32,000 bases of DNA. Origin: Haloferax volcanii DS2 (lineage in GTDB: Archaea > Halobacteriota > Halobacteria > Halobacteriales > Haloferacaceae). The notes below the pieces were generated by a model that saw only the letters and a list, made by a program, of their open reading frames with translations, was not told where the DNA came from and did not search any database. Below are positions 8,529-17,738 of the stretch, piece after piece (the stretch's first letter is position 1; every line of letters starts with the position of its first letter). A program made the translations under genes and the position numbers. Location of the stretch: contig NC_013968.1 in NCBI RefSeq assembly GCF_000025685.1, positions 30,001 through 62,000 of the forward strand, read 5' to 3'.

Positions 8529-11500
8529 ATGTCACGCGATGTCCCAGGACGTGACGCTCCGAGGTATACGCGGCCGCCCAATGACGCCTATGAACCGGAT
8601 TCAAACGTAGAGTACGTCCGCCGCCAGCTCGTGAACAACGTCCTGACGGCGGATCTCGAAGACCGAATCACCGGCCGAGGAGAGCAACACGAGGTCTTAT
8701 ACGGAGCTCGTCCACAAGACCAATTCTTCGCCGGTGCGCTACCTTCGCAATTCAAATACCGAGAAGCAAAAGCAAACGAGGAATCCTACGGAAACGTTGC
8801 TAAGCAGGTCTCGCCGTTCAAAGTCGGCGTTACGTTCCGACTTCCCCGCCACATTTCTGACGATGTAGAACTCACAGTACGACCGGATGCATTCGCCTTT
8901 CAGAGACAGCTCCCGACGTTCGAGGAACAGCAGCGCGAGCACAACGACAACACCGACGCATCAGTGCTCGATCAAGATCGAGAAACCTCAGACGAGTCAG
9001 AAAACGAGTCAGATGCCAACGCCGGCAGTTCACAGGGAACGACGGATCTCTTGCGAACGTACAAGCGATTAGATCCGGAATGGTCGTCGACATCCGTCAC
9101 AGGTGAGGAAATTAACGAACAGGTAGGGTGCGATGAGCCACTCACTCTGGACTTAGATCTTTCAATCCTCTACGAGAAGGCGTACGCTGTCGACCGTCGC
9201 TTCTGTGAACGTACGGACGGAGTGAGCGAAAATGAAGCGTCGATGCTCTCGGACGAGACACTATCGTCGGAGTCCGAGTTCGAGAATCATGTCTCAGCTG
9301 CGTACGACGGCCAAGAACTCACTCCTCTTTGGGACGCCCGGCTGGAGCTCGACGTTAGACCTGATGACGATGACGAGTTCCTTTTACTCACAGCCCGGTT
9401 GATTAATACTCACGGTGAAGAGTACAACCCCGACGACGAGGAGTATCAAGAACAGAACGATCCGGGTTACGAAGACTGGCGTTCGACTTTCTTCGATGTC
9501 GAAGTCGCAGTTACCGTCGACGGAGCGCCTCTGAAGGTCTTCGATTCGAACGAAATTGAAGACAAGTACCAGTACGACGGTCGAATCTTTGCCGTTGGTG
9601 AAAACGCGGCGACGGAACCGATATTTCCAGCCCATACTGACAAGACTGGACCTAATCGTGAACTGTACAGTGAACAGCCAGCGAACGACGACCCAGTCGG
9701 TGTACGAACGGAAATGGTTCCGCTGTACGAACAATCGCGCTACCTATCACGGAATCCCGACGACATCGCAGCCCCAATGGACGTTCTCGCCGGCGATGAA
9801 AGCGATGAGTCCATGTTCGACTGCTTAGAAGCGCTTGCAGCAGGCATGGAAGACGCCGTAGCTGACTATCGGGAGATCAAGTCCGAGATGGTCTCCGGGA
9901 AATCAAGCGAAGCGGCGGCGGAATTCGACAAAGCAGTTGCCGGATTTGAGGCCGACCATGAGCGAGTGTTAGCTGGTATCGAGTGTCTAAAGCAGGATCC
10001 GCGTGCGCGTCGCGCGTTCAAATACATGAACGAATCGTTCCAGGAGATGGGCTTCGATAAGTGGCGCACCTTTCAGATCGTCTTCATTCTGATGACGATT
10101 CCGGATATGCTCAAACAAGCAGACGAAGCCGGATCGGAAGTGAGCGTCTCTTGGGACAACGAAATACTCGAGACCCAGTTGGATGTCGCTGACGTCGTCT
10201 ATTTCCCGACGGGTGGCGGGAAAACGGAAGCGTATCTGGGGCTCGTCACGTTCACTGCGTTTCACGACCGGATGCGTGGAAAGACTCATGGAATGACTGC
10301 CTTTACGAAGTTCCCACTTCGGTTTTTGAGTTTGCAGCAGCTCCAGCGGATCGCAAACGTCCTTGCCAAGGCAGAAGAGATCCGCCGCCGAGAAAATCTG
10401 GGCGGCGACGAGTTCTCAGTCGGATACTTGGTTGGTTCCGGCAACACCCCAAACACGCTCCGAGCTGGGAAATACACGAACAACATCCGGAAAGCACAGG
10501 AAGACGAAGAATTCCAGAAGTCGGTCAAGTACGTCACTACGTGCCCGTTCTGCGGCGAGAAGGAGGTGTCTATAGATGGGGACCTCGAACAGGGTCGCAT
10601 CATACACCAGTGTGAGAATCCGGAATGTGATGAAGTCAAACGAAACGGCGGAGAGCCAGCCCCGCTTCCAGTATACGTTACTGACAGAGAGATTTACCGC
10701 TACACGCCGACGTTCGTTGTCTCGACCATCGACAAGATCTCCATCGTCGGTATGCAACGCCGTATGCGGGCCGTTCTCTTCGGACGAACGTCTCTTAAAT
10801 GCGCCAAACACGGGTACTCTGGTGAGAATCGATGTATTGCTGACACCGGCATTCTAAACGAGGCTGGCCAGTGCGATGAGGACGATTGGGAAGAGGTTGA
10901 CCCCGTCGACCCACCTAGCCTTCTTATTCAAGACGAGTTACACCTCCTCCGCGAAGAATTTGGTTCATTTGACTCTCACTACGAAACGCTTATTCAGCAT
11001 CTGAACCGTGCGTTTTCAGACGACACGTGGCACACAAAAATAGTCGCCGCGACGGCGACTATCAAGGGTGCCGAGCAGCAGGTAGAAGCGCTATACATGA
11101 AGGACACGAACGTCTTTCCATCACCCAGTCCGCGGTTAAAGCAATCTTTCTACGCGTACGCTCACCCGACGCGCATTCAGCGACGGATGCTCGGGGCACT
11201 TCCACGGACGCTCTCTCGGACCTACGCGATCGAAAAAATCCACGAGGAGTATGCGCGTGCAATTCAAGAGTACCGCGCCGCTCCTGAGACGCTCTACGAT
11301 GCACTAACGCAGGTGTCTGACGAGTACACACTGGAGCAGGCTGAACTCCCTTCAGACCCCACATCGCTTGAAGCGGTTATAGACGACATTCTTGACGACT
11401 ATGAAACGCAGGTCTCGTACCACTATTCACGCGACAACACCGACCTGATGAAGCGGGTTCTTCGGACGATGATCAACGTCCATCTTTCTGACGACGGCGA

Positions 11501-12353
11501 ACCATATTATCCCTTGAACGGCCAACTCATGACTGGTCAAACGCCCCTCGAAGACGTCAGCTCTGTCTTAGAGATCCTCGAGAATCTCGATGAACTAGAT
11601 AGCCCAGCAGACGCAGTTCACATGCTCATCGCAACCTCGATGATCAGTCACGGAGTGGACGTCGATGCGTTGGACTTCATCGGTTTCTTCGGCCTTCCGC
11701 GGAACACGGCCGAGTACATTCAGTCGTATTCACGCGTTGGGCGCAAGTGGCCAGGGACTGTGTTCCTACTCTTCGATCCGATGCGGACCCGCGATCGGTC
11801 CTACTACCGTCACTTCCAGTATCATCAGGAGTATCAGGACCTCTTAGTCGAAGCGACACCCCTAGAGAGATGGGCAGAGTACGCGATTAAGTGTACGATG
11901 CCCGGGGTCGTCTGTTCAATATTGATCCAATATTACGACGAGATCCTCGCCGGCAAAACGAGCATCCGATTGTACGATGGGGAGGGAGTTCAACAGGCCG
12001 TCACCAACGGTCATCTCAAATACGACGAAGTGCTTTCGCTGGTTCGCTCTGCTTACGGCGTAGATGGACAGCCATCAGATGGCTCAGAAAGTTCACGGAG
12101 CGGCGTCGAGCTCTACCGCCGACAGATCAACGCTAGATTTGACGAGATCTGGGACGCACTAATCGACCCAAACAACCTCATCGAACGACAACGCGCAAGG
12201 GATCCAGATACCGACGAGTCGAACTTCCTTACTGACGTCTTGAGACGGGGTGGCCAACGAACACCGATGCGCAACCTTCGCGACATCGACGATCAACTAT
12301 CTATCGGCCCAGACACAGACACGTCGCTCATCATCAACGGGTACCGCGGATGA
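8529..12353 (+). CDS. drmA: DExH-box superfamily 2 helicase, DISARM DrmA-like
   Basis: Motif I FPTGGGKTEAYLG, motif II LIQDELHLL, motif III ATATI, motif VI QSYSRVGR. A ~550-aa acidic N-terminal region precedes motif I. A CxxC...C Zn-ribbon-like insert (CPFCGEKE...CENPEC) lies between motifs I and II. Confidence 0.8.
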   Translation: MSRDVPGRDAPRYTRPPNDAYEPDSNVEYVRRQLVNNVLTADLEDRITGRGEQHEVLYGARPQDQFFAGALPSQFKYREAKANEESYGNVAKQVSPFKVGVTFRLPRHISDDVELTVRPDAFAFQRQLPTFEEQQREHNDNTDASVLDQDRETSDESENESDANAGSSQGTTDLLRTYKRLDPEWSSTSVTGEEINEQVGCDEPLTLDLDLSILYEKAYAVDRRFCERTDGVSENEASMLSDETLSSESEFENHVSAAYDGQELTPLWDARLELDVRPDDDDEFLLLTARLINTHGEEYNPDDEEYQEQNDPGYEDWRSTFFDVEVAVTVDGAPLKVFDSNEIEDKYQYDGRIFAVGENAATEPIFPAHTDKTGPNRELYSEQPANDDPVGVRTEMVPLYEQSRYLSRNPDDIAAPMDVLAGDESDESMFDCLEALAAGMEDAVADYREIKSEMVSGKSSEAAAEFDKAVAGFEADHERVLAGIECLKQDPRARRAFKYMNESFQEMGFDKWRTFQIVFILMTIPDMLKQADEAGSEVSVSWDNEILETQLDVADVVYFPTGGGKTEAYLGLVTFTAFHDRMRGKTHGMTAFTKFPLRFLSLQQLQRIANVLAKAEEIRRRENLGGDEFSVGYLVGSGNTPNTLRAGKYTNNIRKAQEDEEFQKSVKYVTTCPFCGEKEVSIDGDLEQGRIIHQCENPECDEVKRNGGEPAPLPVYVTDREIYRYTPTFVVSTIDKISIVGMQRRMRAVLFGRTSLKCAKHGYSGENRCIADTGILNEAGQCDEDDWEEVDPVDPPSLLIQDELHLLREEFGSFDSHYETLIQHLNRAFSDDTWHTKIVAATATIKGAEQQVEALYMKDTNVFPSPSPRLKQSFYAYAHPTRIQRRMLGALPRTLSRTYAIEKIHEEYARAIQEYRAAPETLYDALTQVSDEYTLEQAELPSDPTSLEAVIDDILDDYETQVSYHYSRDNTDLMKRVLRTMINVHLSDDGEPYYPLNGQLMTGQTPLEDVSSVLEILENLDELDSPADAVHMLIATSMISHGVDVDALDFIGFFGLPRNTAEYIQSYSRVGRKWPGTVFLLFDPMRTRDRSYYRHFQYHQEYQDLLVEATPLERWAEYAIKCTMPGVVCSILIQYYDEILAGKTSIRLYDGEGVQQAVTNGHLKYDEVLSLVRSAYGVDGQPSDGSESSRSGVELYRRQINARFDEIWDALIDPNNLIERQRARDPDTDESNFLTDVLRRGGQRTPMRNLRDIDDQLSIGPDTDTSLIINGYRG

Positions 12354-12447
12354 GTACACGCAACCGAGCACAGACGGCACTAATGCAGCTTACGACGACC
12401 CACCAATTTATGACCCAGACTCGACCACGACACCGAGGTGAACGGCA

Positions 12448-14433
12448 ATGACCGACGACGGACTCGTTATGGAACGAGGCCGGGCACAAGTGATGTATTC
12501 CTACGGCGAGGGGAACGTCGTCGATATGGGGGATTTAGGGGTCACTGCTGAAGTGCGACCTTGGCGGAACTCCTACGAGATTGAAGACATCGACAAAGAA
12601 CGGATCGTAACCGAAGTACAAAATCGCGCAAGAAGACATCTGAACCGAACCACAGGGAAAGTTTGGGAAGATCTCACTGTCGAGAACGTCGACATTTATC
12701 AACCATTCCGAGGTATAGAAACCCGGCTCTTCCCGACGGTGTTCTACTGTGAAGACTGTAAAAAAGTACACAGTAGCGATCGTGCTAAGCCACAAATGCT
12801 CCCAGACGATGGGAAGTGTACGGCCTGTGATGGACAGTTGACCCAATTGGCGTTCGTCAACGTCTGTCGATGCGGTGAACTCAAGGACCCAAGTCCAGCA
12901 CGTGGGTGTCAGAAGGACGGCCATGGTTACTCGAACTACCGCTTGCAAAAGACATCGAGCGGCCCAGCAACGTGGCGGTTCAGGTGTCAAGTCAACGGAT
13001 GCGGGGAATCGATGGGTGGGATGGCGAAATCGTGCCCCGTATGTAACGAAATGAGTGGCCCGCTGCCAACAGCATCCTCACAGATTTACTATGCGCAGCG
13101 ATTCGTTCGTGCCAACATTCCATTTGTGGACGTAGACCCTGGTGAGATTCCTCCCGATAAGCAATGGGCACGCGTGCTCGCTGCGGTGTACCTAGGCTAT
13201 CAGGATCTGGAGGATATGACGATCGAGGAACTGGCGACAGAAGAAGGAAAGATGAGCCAGTTCGACGAGATGGTGAAGTCGGGTGAAGATCCGGAAACGG
13301 TTAAACGGATTTTGGAGGGAATGGGGATATCACTGGAAGGTCGAGAATTGGCCCTACAGGAAACTCAACATATCACACCCATCGACGCCGAACCCCATGG
13401 AGAACCGGATGAGGCAGTCCGACAGCTCGCTTGGTCGAATACCGCTCATGCGCTCTTTACATTTATGCGTTCGACGGAGGGCTACGACGGCGACCAAGAC
13501 AAAATTCAGGATGTCGATTATCCAATCCCGACTCAGTTAGACGATCTTCTCTCGCAACCAGAGTTCCGACAAGATCATCCCCAGAGCTCACGGTATCGCG
13601 ATCAGCTTAACGCTAGCCACATCCGACGGGGATGGGTCGTCGATCAATTCCCTCTGTTGAACGTCCTGTACGGGTTCAGCCGGGGCGATCCAGAGCCAAA
13701 AAAGACTGATCTGAACCGATTTACTCACCCACGAGGAAAGAGCGCAATCCCCGTATTCGCAGACCGATCCCCATCAGAGGCAATCGTGTTAGAGGTGGAT
13801 CGGAAAGCCATCGTGAATTGGCTGGTGGCGAACGGAATTCTTCGCGAAGATGCAGACGATGATAGTCGACGAGCGATTCCAGATGTTGACGACGAACAGG
13901 CGCTACAAGAGTGGTTCCTTACGAATGTCGCAACTACAGAAATCGAGAATCCGTTCGACGACATCGAAGACGAAATTACTGATGCGGTCTACACCCTCCT
14001 TCACTCAATGAGTCACTGTCTACTCGCTCGAGCAGGCGAACAGTGTGGCCTAGCGACCGATACGCTCGGAGAGCGAATCTTCCCGAACGTCCCGGCCATC
14101 GTCATCTACGCCGCGACGACTGAATCGTTCTCGCTCGGAAGTATGTCGACGCTGTTCAAGACTCGACTTCACCCCTGGCTGTCACAAGCTCGCGAACTAG
14201 CAAGCGACTGCCTCCTCGACCCTGCGTGTGCAGAAGATCCGGAGGGGGCAGCCTGCGATGCCTGTATCCACATCTCGGAAACCTCATGTGAATATTTCAA
14301 TCACGCACTTGATCGCAGGTTGCTTGAAGGAGGTGACGGCCTCGTCGGGTTCTGGACGCGCGAAATTTCCAACGGAATGGGTACCGTCGGAGGAGCCGAA
14401 CAGGACGTGGCGAGCACAGCGAGCGACGAATAG
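12448..14433 (+). CDS. drmB: DUF1998-type protein, DISARM DrmB-like
   Basis: C-terminal Cys signature CLLDPAC...GAACDACIHISETSCEYFNHALDRRLL, typical of DUF1998 (MrfA-type Zn-binding domain). Several N-terminal CxxC clusters. SD-like GAGGTGA (12435-12441) lies 6 nt before the ATG, and an in-frame TGA at 12439 excludes an earlier start. Confidence 0.8.
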   Translation: MTDDGLVMERGRAQVMYSYGEGNVVDMGDLGVTAEVRPWRNSYEIEDIDKERIVTEVQNRARRHLNRTTGKVWEDLTVENVDIYQPFRGIETRLFPTVFYCEDCKKVHSSDRAKPQMLPDDGKCTACDGQLTQLAFVNVCRCGELKDPSPARGCQKDGHGYSNYRLQKTSSGPATWRFRCQVNGCGESMGGMAKSCPVCNEMSGPLPTASSQIYYAQRFVRANIPFVDVDPGEIPPDKQWARVLAAVYLGYQDLEDMTIEELATEEGKMSQFDEMVKSGEDPETVKRILEGMGISLEGRELALQETQHITPIDAEPHGEPDEAVRQLAWSNTAHALFTFMRSTEGYDGDQDKIQDVDYPIPTQLDDLLSQPEFRQDHPQSSRYRDQLNASHIRRGWVVDQFPLLNVLYGFSRGDPEPKKTDLNRFTHPRGKSAIPVFADRSPSEAIVLEVDRKAIVNWLVANGILREDADDDSRRAIPDVDDEQALQEWFLTNVATTEIENPFDDIEDEITDAVYTLLHSMSHCLLARAGEQCGLATDTLGERIFPNVPAIVIYAATTESFSLGSMSTLFKTRLHPWLSQARELASDCLLDPACAEDPEGAACDACIHISETSCEYFNHALDRRLLEGGDGLVGFWTREISNGMGTVGGAEQDVASTASDE

Positions 14434-14459
14434 CAACAGTAGTAGAGATCGACCTTACA

Positions 14460-15461
14460 ATGGAATCTAATTTCTCGATGTTTGATGGAACGCCGATTTG
14501 CTCTGATTTCACAGCGGCAGCCGTGATAAGTGAACCCGACCGCTTACACTACCTCCGGATCGGTCTCGCAATCCTTGGGAGCACCATAGAATCAGACTCA
14601 GAAGAAGCTTCAGACCATCGATTAGCAGCGGTCGTGGACGTTCCAGGTCTTCCTGTGCCAGTCAGAGATCGGTCATATTCGTTCACCCGATCTCAATTGA
14701 ATGCCGTACTCGCGGCCTTTGACGAACGGCTTAGCCCACGAGAGTTCAACGCTATCTCCTCTGCACTTTGTAACGCTGGTTTTGCCCATGAAATGACAAC
14801 CAGCCAAGGGTACGCTCATTACGAGATTCAAGTAGTCTCTCCCCTTGGTGTGCTACGAATCATCGACCAATTACTCATTGCGAACGTTAGTGCTCCTGAC
14901 GTAATTGCCGATTCTAATGCCAGCTCTTCATCTGCTGAATTAGTCGCGACTCTCCCTGCAGATGTTCAATCGAAACTACCCCACTCAGTCCGTCCGATAC
15001 GCATCTCTATTCGGCGCTACTTGGCTGAAGCAACGGATACAGTCCGAATCGCAAATCCATATTTCGACGATACCGAACACGTGTTGAACGATCTAGCGGC
15101 ACTTCCTCGTCGTGGCGTAGACCTCAAGATGGTGACGCGTGAAGTTGATGTCGATAATCCAAACCAATCAGCAGTCAACGCTATTGAGAACATCACCGGG
15201 CAGCTTTCGGACGATGAGCGGAAGCACCTCTTCGTACGAGACTTTTACGACACCAACCAACATGACAAGCAAATCGGGGCCACGCATGCAAAAGCAGTCA
15301 TCATCGACGAGCAAGTCGCGTATTTGGGTAGTGCAAATCTCACTCGACTATCGTTGACTGGCAATTTTGAATTAGGCGTATTGTTACGTGGTGAAGCAGT
15401 ACCCGATCTCGTCGCGGTATTCGATGCTATGTTCGACTATTCAAGGCCAATCCCCATCTAA
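14460..15461 (+). CDS. drmC: phospholipase D-family (single HKD) nuclease, DISARM DrmC-like
   Basis: HKD motif THAKAVIIDEQVAYLGSANLT near the C-terminus. Starts 26 nt after the drmB stop. The ~170-aa N-terminal region has no recognisable motif. Confidence 0.75.
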   Translation: MESNFSMFDGTPICSDFTAAAVISEPDRLHYLRIGLAILGSTIESDSEEASDHRLAAVVDVPGLPVPVRDRSYSFTRSQLNAVLAAFDERLSPREFNAISSALCNAGFAHEMTTSQGYAHYEIQVVSPLGVLRIIDQLLIANVSAPDVIADSNASSSSAELVATLPADVQSKLPHSVRPIRISIRRYLAEATDTVRIANPYFDDTEHVLNDLAALPRRGVDLKMVTREVDVDNPNQSAVNAIENITGQLSDDERKHLFVRDFYDTNQHDKQIGATHAKAVIIDEQVAYLGSANLTRLSLTGNFELGVLLRGEAVPDLVAVFDAMFDYSRPIPI

Positions 15462-15605
15462 TTTCAACTTTTTGCTAAGTTGGAGTTGGCATGACGTGTG
15501 GATTTGTCTCAGATCATTTGCTTTATTTACTGATAGGTTATAAGCGCATATTCCCAACTCATTAGAAGCAAGAGATTATCAGATAGTCAATCTAACAAAT
15601 TCCCT

Positions 15606-16760
15606 ATGGCTGCAGACTGGACGGTTCAGCACCACACGGGTGAGTTCTCGTCCGATACAAAACAGAATCTACGCAATCTGTATTCAGGGCACTGTGCAGT
15701 GTGCGGACAAAAACGTGAATCTCCCTTTGGGCACCTTGAGGCAGAAGCTGCACACATCCATCCCGCACAACACGGAGGACCGGATACAGAAGCGAACGGC
15801 TTGCTTCTCTGCCGACAATGCCACTGGGGCTTCGATTCCGGCTGGCTCAGTCTGACAGACGATGCCAGAATCATCGTCTCAAACGACGACGCTGCGGATG
15901 GCTACGAGTACTTTCAACAATTCAGTAACGACCCTATTGAACCACCCCGCGTGAACGATCTTGAGCCGTTGCCACGCTTCACACAGATCCACCGCAAGCT
16001 CTCTGGGTTCGACCCTATCAACACTGGCGACCAACTAACCATCGGCGGACTACGCAGTGGGAAGGTACGTCTCATTGACGGGAGACAGGTCATCGTCGAA
16101 GGGAGCACAGACAAAGCACTCGTCGTCAACTGCGAGGTTACAAGTGTAGGTTCGCAAACAGTCCGCTGTTCTCATCAGACTACCCTCGAGCAAAGAGTGG
16201 AAACTGACTCTGGTCGAACCGAGTCTCCGTTCAAATTAGACCCGGTGGACTACTCATTTGACAAACTCGAGGAGTACGTGCGCGAGATCAAGCGGGACTA
16301 TTCGGGTGTTGTCCAAAAATGGGAATGGGGGCGTCTGTTCCGTAATGGGCGAACAAAATATGGATTGTCACATAAGGACATCGCGGATACAATCAATGTA
16401 GAAGGGGCCAGCGAACTGCAAGTTCAACGGGCAGAACGGGTGTACGAGATGTTCCCTGACCGCGGCTATGAGGGTAACGAAATCCCATTTTCCGCAATCG
16501 CTGAACTACAACGTATCTTCCCGAACACCGAAGATGCCCGTGCAGCATATGACTGTATCGCCGCGACGGACATTTCCCTGACGACGATGGAAACGCGCGC
16601 GTGGGTTGAACTTCTATTGTCCGAGAGTGAAGTGACTCGTGAAACGGTCAGAGACTCCGTAGAAGAGTACGTGCCGAAATCTAATGTCGGGCTGAGTGAA
16701 CGCGTTAGTCGAATCCTCGCAGTCCACAATGAATACCTGTCAACGTTTACCCCGAGTTAG
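15606..16760 (+). CDS. HNH endonuclease fusion protein (N-terminal HNH, uncharacterised middle and C-terminal regions)
   Basis: CAVCG...EAAHIHP...GPDTEANGLLLCRQCHWGFD is an HNH (HNH_2-like) motif in residues ~30-80. The remaining ~300 aa are unassigned. A possible HTH lies around KYGLSHKDIADTI. Confidence 0.7.
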   Translation: MAADWTVQHHTGEFSSDTKQNLRNLYSGHCAVCGQKRESPFGHLEAEAAHIHPAQHGGPDTEANGLLLCRQCHWGFDSGWLSLTDDARIIVSNDDAADGYEYFQQFSNDPIEPPRVNDLEPLPRFTQIHRKLSGFDPINTGDQLTIGGLRSGKVRLIDGRQVIVEGSTDKALVVNCEVTSVGSQTVRCSHQTTLEQRVETDSGRTESPFKLDPVDYSFDKLEEYVREIKRDYSGVVQKWEWGRLFRNGRTKYGLSHKDIADTINVEGASELQVQRAERVYEMFPDRGYEGNEIPFSAIAELQRIFPNTEDARAAYDCIAATDISLTTMETRAWVELLLSESEVTRETVRDSVEEYVPKSNVGLSERVSRILAVHNEYLSTFTPS

Positions 16761-16920
16761 GAACTCTACCAAAGGTTTCGCTGGTTCTTGCCGATTTCAT
16801 CGTGAGTTCCGGAAGCTGCTCCTGAAATAGTCTATCCAGTAAAGCACACGAATCAATCACTCTAATCTATCAGTCACCTTGTTACGTACAGCAGTTGCTT
16901 CTGTCATGTTCTATTGAGTT

Positions 16921-17045
16921 GGCTCTGTTGAAATCCTCTTCACGTCTTGTAATTTTTTGAGAGGCTAGTTTCTAACCGGATCGACGAAAGCCGGTGGGAA
17001 GAGTCGCTCTTTTCAATGTCAACGCTAAAGGATTTCAACAGGTCC
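16921..17045. mobile_element. IS6-family-derived MITE (125 bp), copy B
   Basis: Terminal IRs GGCTCTGTTGAAATCCTCTT and GGACCTGTTGAAATCCTTTA (reverse complement of the right end), 16/20 identical. Perfect 8-bp direct repeat ATTGAGTT (16913-16920 and 17046-17053). No ORF. Confidence 0.8.
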
Positions 17046-17162
17046 ATTGAGTTCAATAGAGCCGAGTGACACCATTTACGCCTCCTTCCATTGTCTCTCG
17101 TTGCTGTCAAAACTGACTCTCGCGGTGTCGTCAGGGTCGACAAATAAATGAGTGGACGATAT

Positions 17163-17738
17163 CTACCCGTCAATCATCTCGTGGAGATGTATCGTGCGTT
17201 CGTTCAGCGTCTCCAACGCTTGGGAATGGCTCTCAACTTCAGACTCTAACGCCGACGTTCTATCCTCTAAAGTTGAAAGCCGGGACACCGCCTCATCGAG
17301 GTCCTCAACAACCATTGATAGCTGGTCCCCACCGTCGCTATCCTGCTCGTCTGCGAGGTCGTCGACGCGGTCGTGCAGATGGCTGAGCGCCGTCGACAAG
17401 TCCGACACCTCGTGCCGTAGGTCAGCCACATCCCCCTCGGAAACGCCAACTCGTACTTCGGTCTGGTCGTCGAGGTCACGAGCGACGCGCTCACCTTCGG
17501 CGGTCAGCGCATACACGTTCGCAGGAATCGGAGCGCCGACGTCCTCCTCACCCACCTTCTCAATCAGCCCCATCTCCGCCAGCGACCGCGCCTGTTTGCC
17601 GAGGTTCGAGGTCGTCATCTCACCTATCGATCTCTTGATATTAGATGTATTTCCCCGCCCACCACGCTCGTCGAGAGCCGACAGAATTTCCCGCTGAGTT
17701 TCGTTCAACTGCTCCATATCCAACACGAAACACGCCAC
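17163..17738 (-). CDS. winged-helix (MarR/ArsR-like) DNA-binding protein with acidic coiled-coil C-terminal half
   Basis: The N-terminus (QREILSALDERGGRGNTSNIKRSIGEMTTSNLGKQARSLAEMGLIEK) has a wHTH pattern. The C-terminal half has heptad-like, acidic repeats. The start is probably the ATG at 17717 (MEQLNETQ). Confidence 0.6.
   Translation of the reverse strand: MACFVLDMEQLNETQREILSALDERGGRGNTSNIKRSIGEMTTSNLGKQARSLAEMGLIEKVGEEDVGAPIPANVYALTAEGERVARDLDDQTEVRVGVSEGDVADLRHEVSDLSTALSHLHDRVDDLADEQDSDGGDQLSMVVEDLDEAVSRLSTLEDRTSALESEVESHSQALETLNERTIHLHEMIDG

Noticed and set aside
5033-14512. Short internal or antisense ORFs within the DISARM genes (e.g. 6217..6552, 7828..8232, 9384..9734, 10416..10811, 12535..12990)
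   Set aside because: Each is fully contained in a long, motif-supported ORF on the other strand or in another frame.
17152-17697. 181-aa ORF on the plus strand
   Set aside because: It is antisense to the wHTH/coiled-coil gene, and its Ser/Arg-rich composition is unlike the rest of the proteome.
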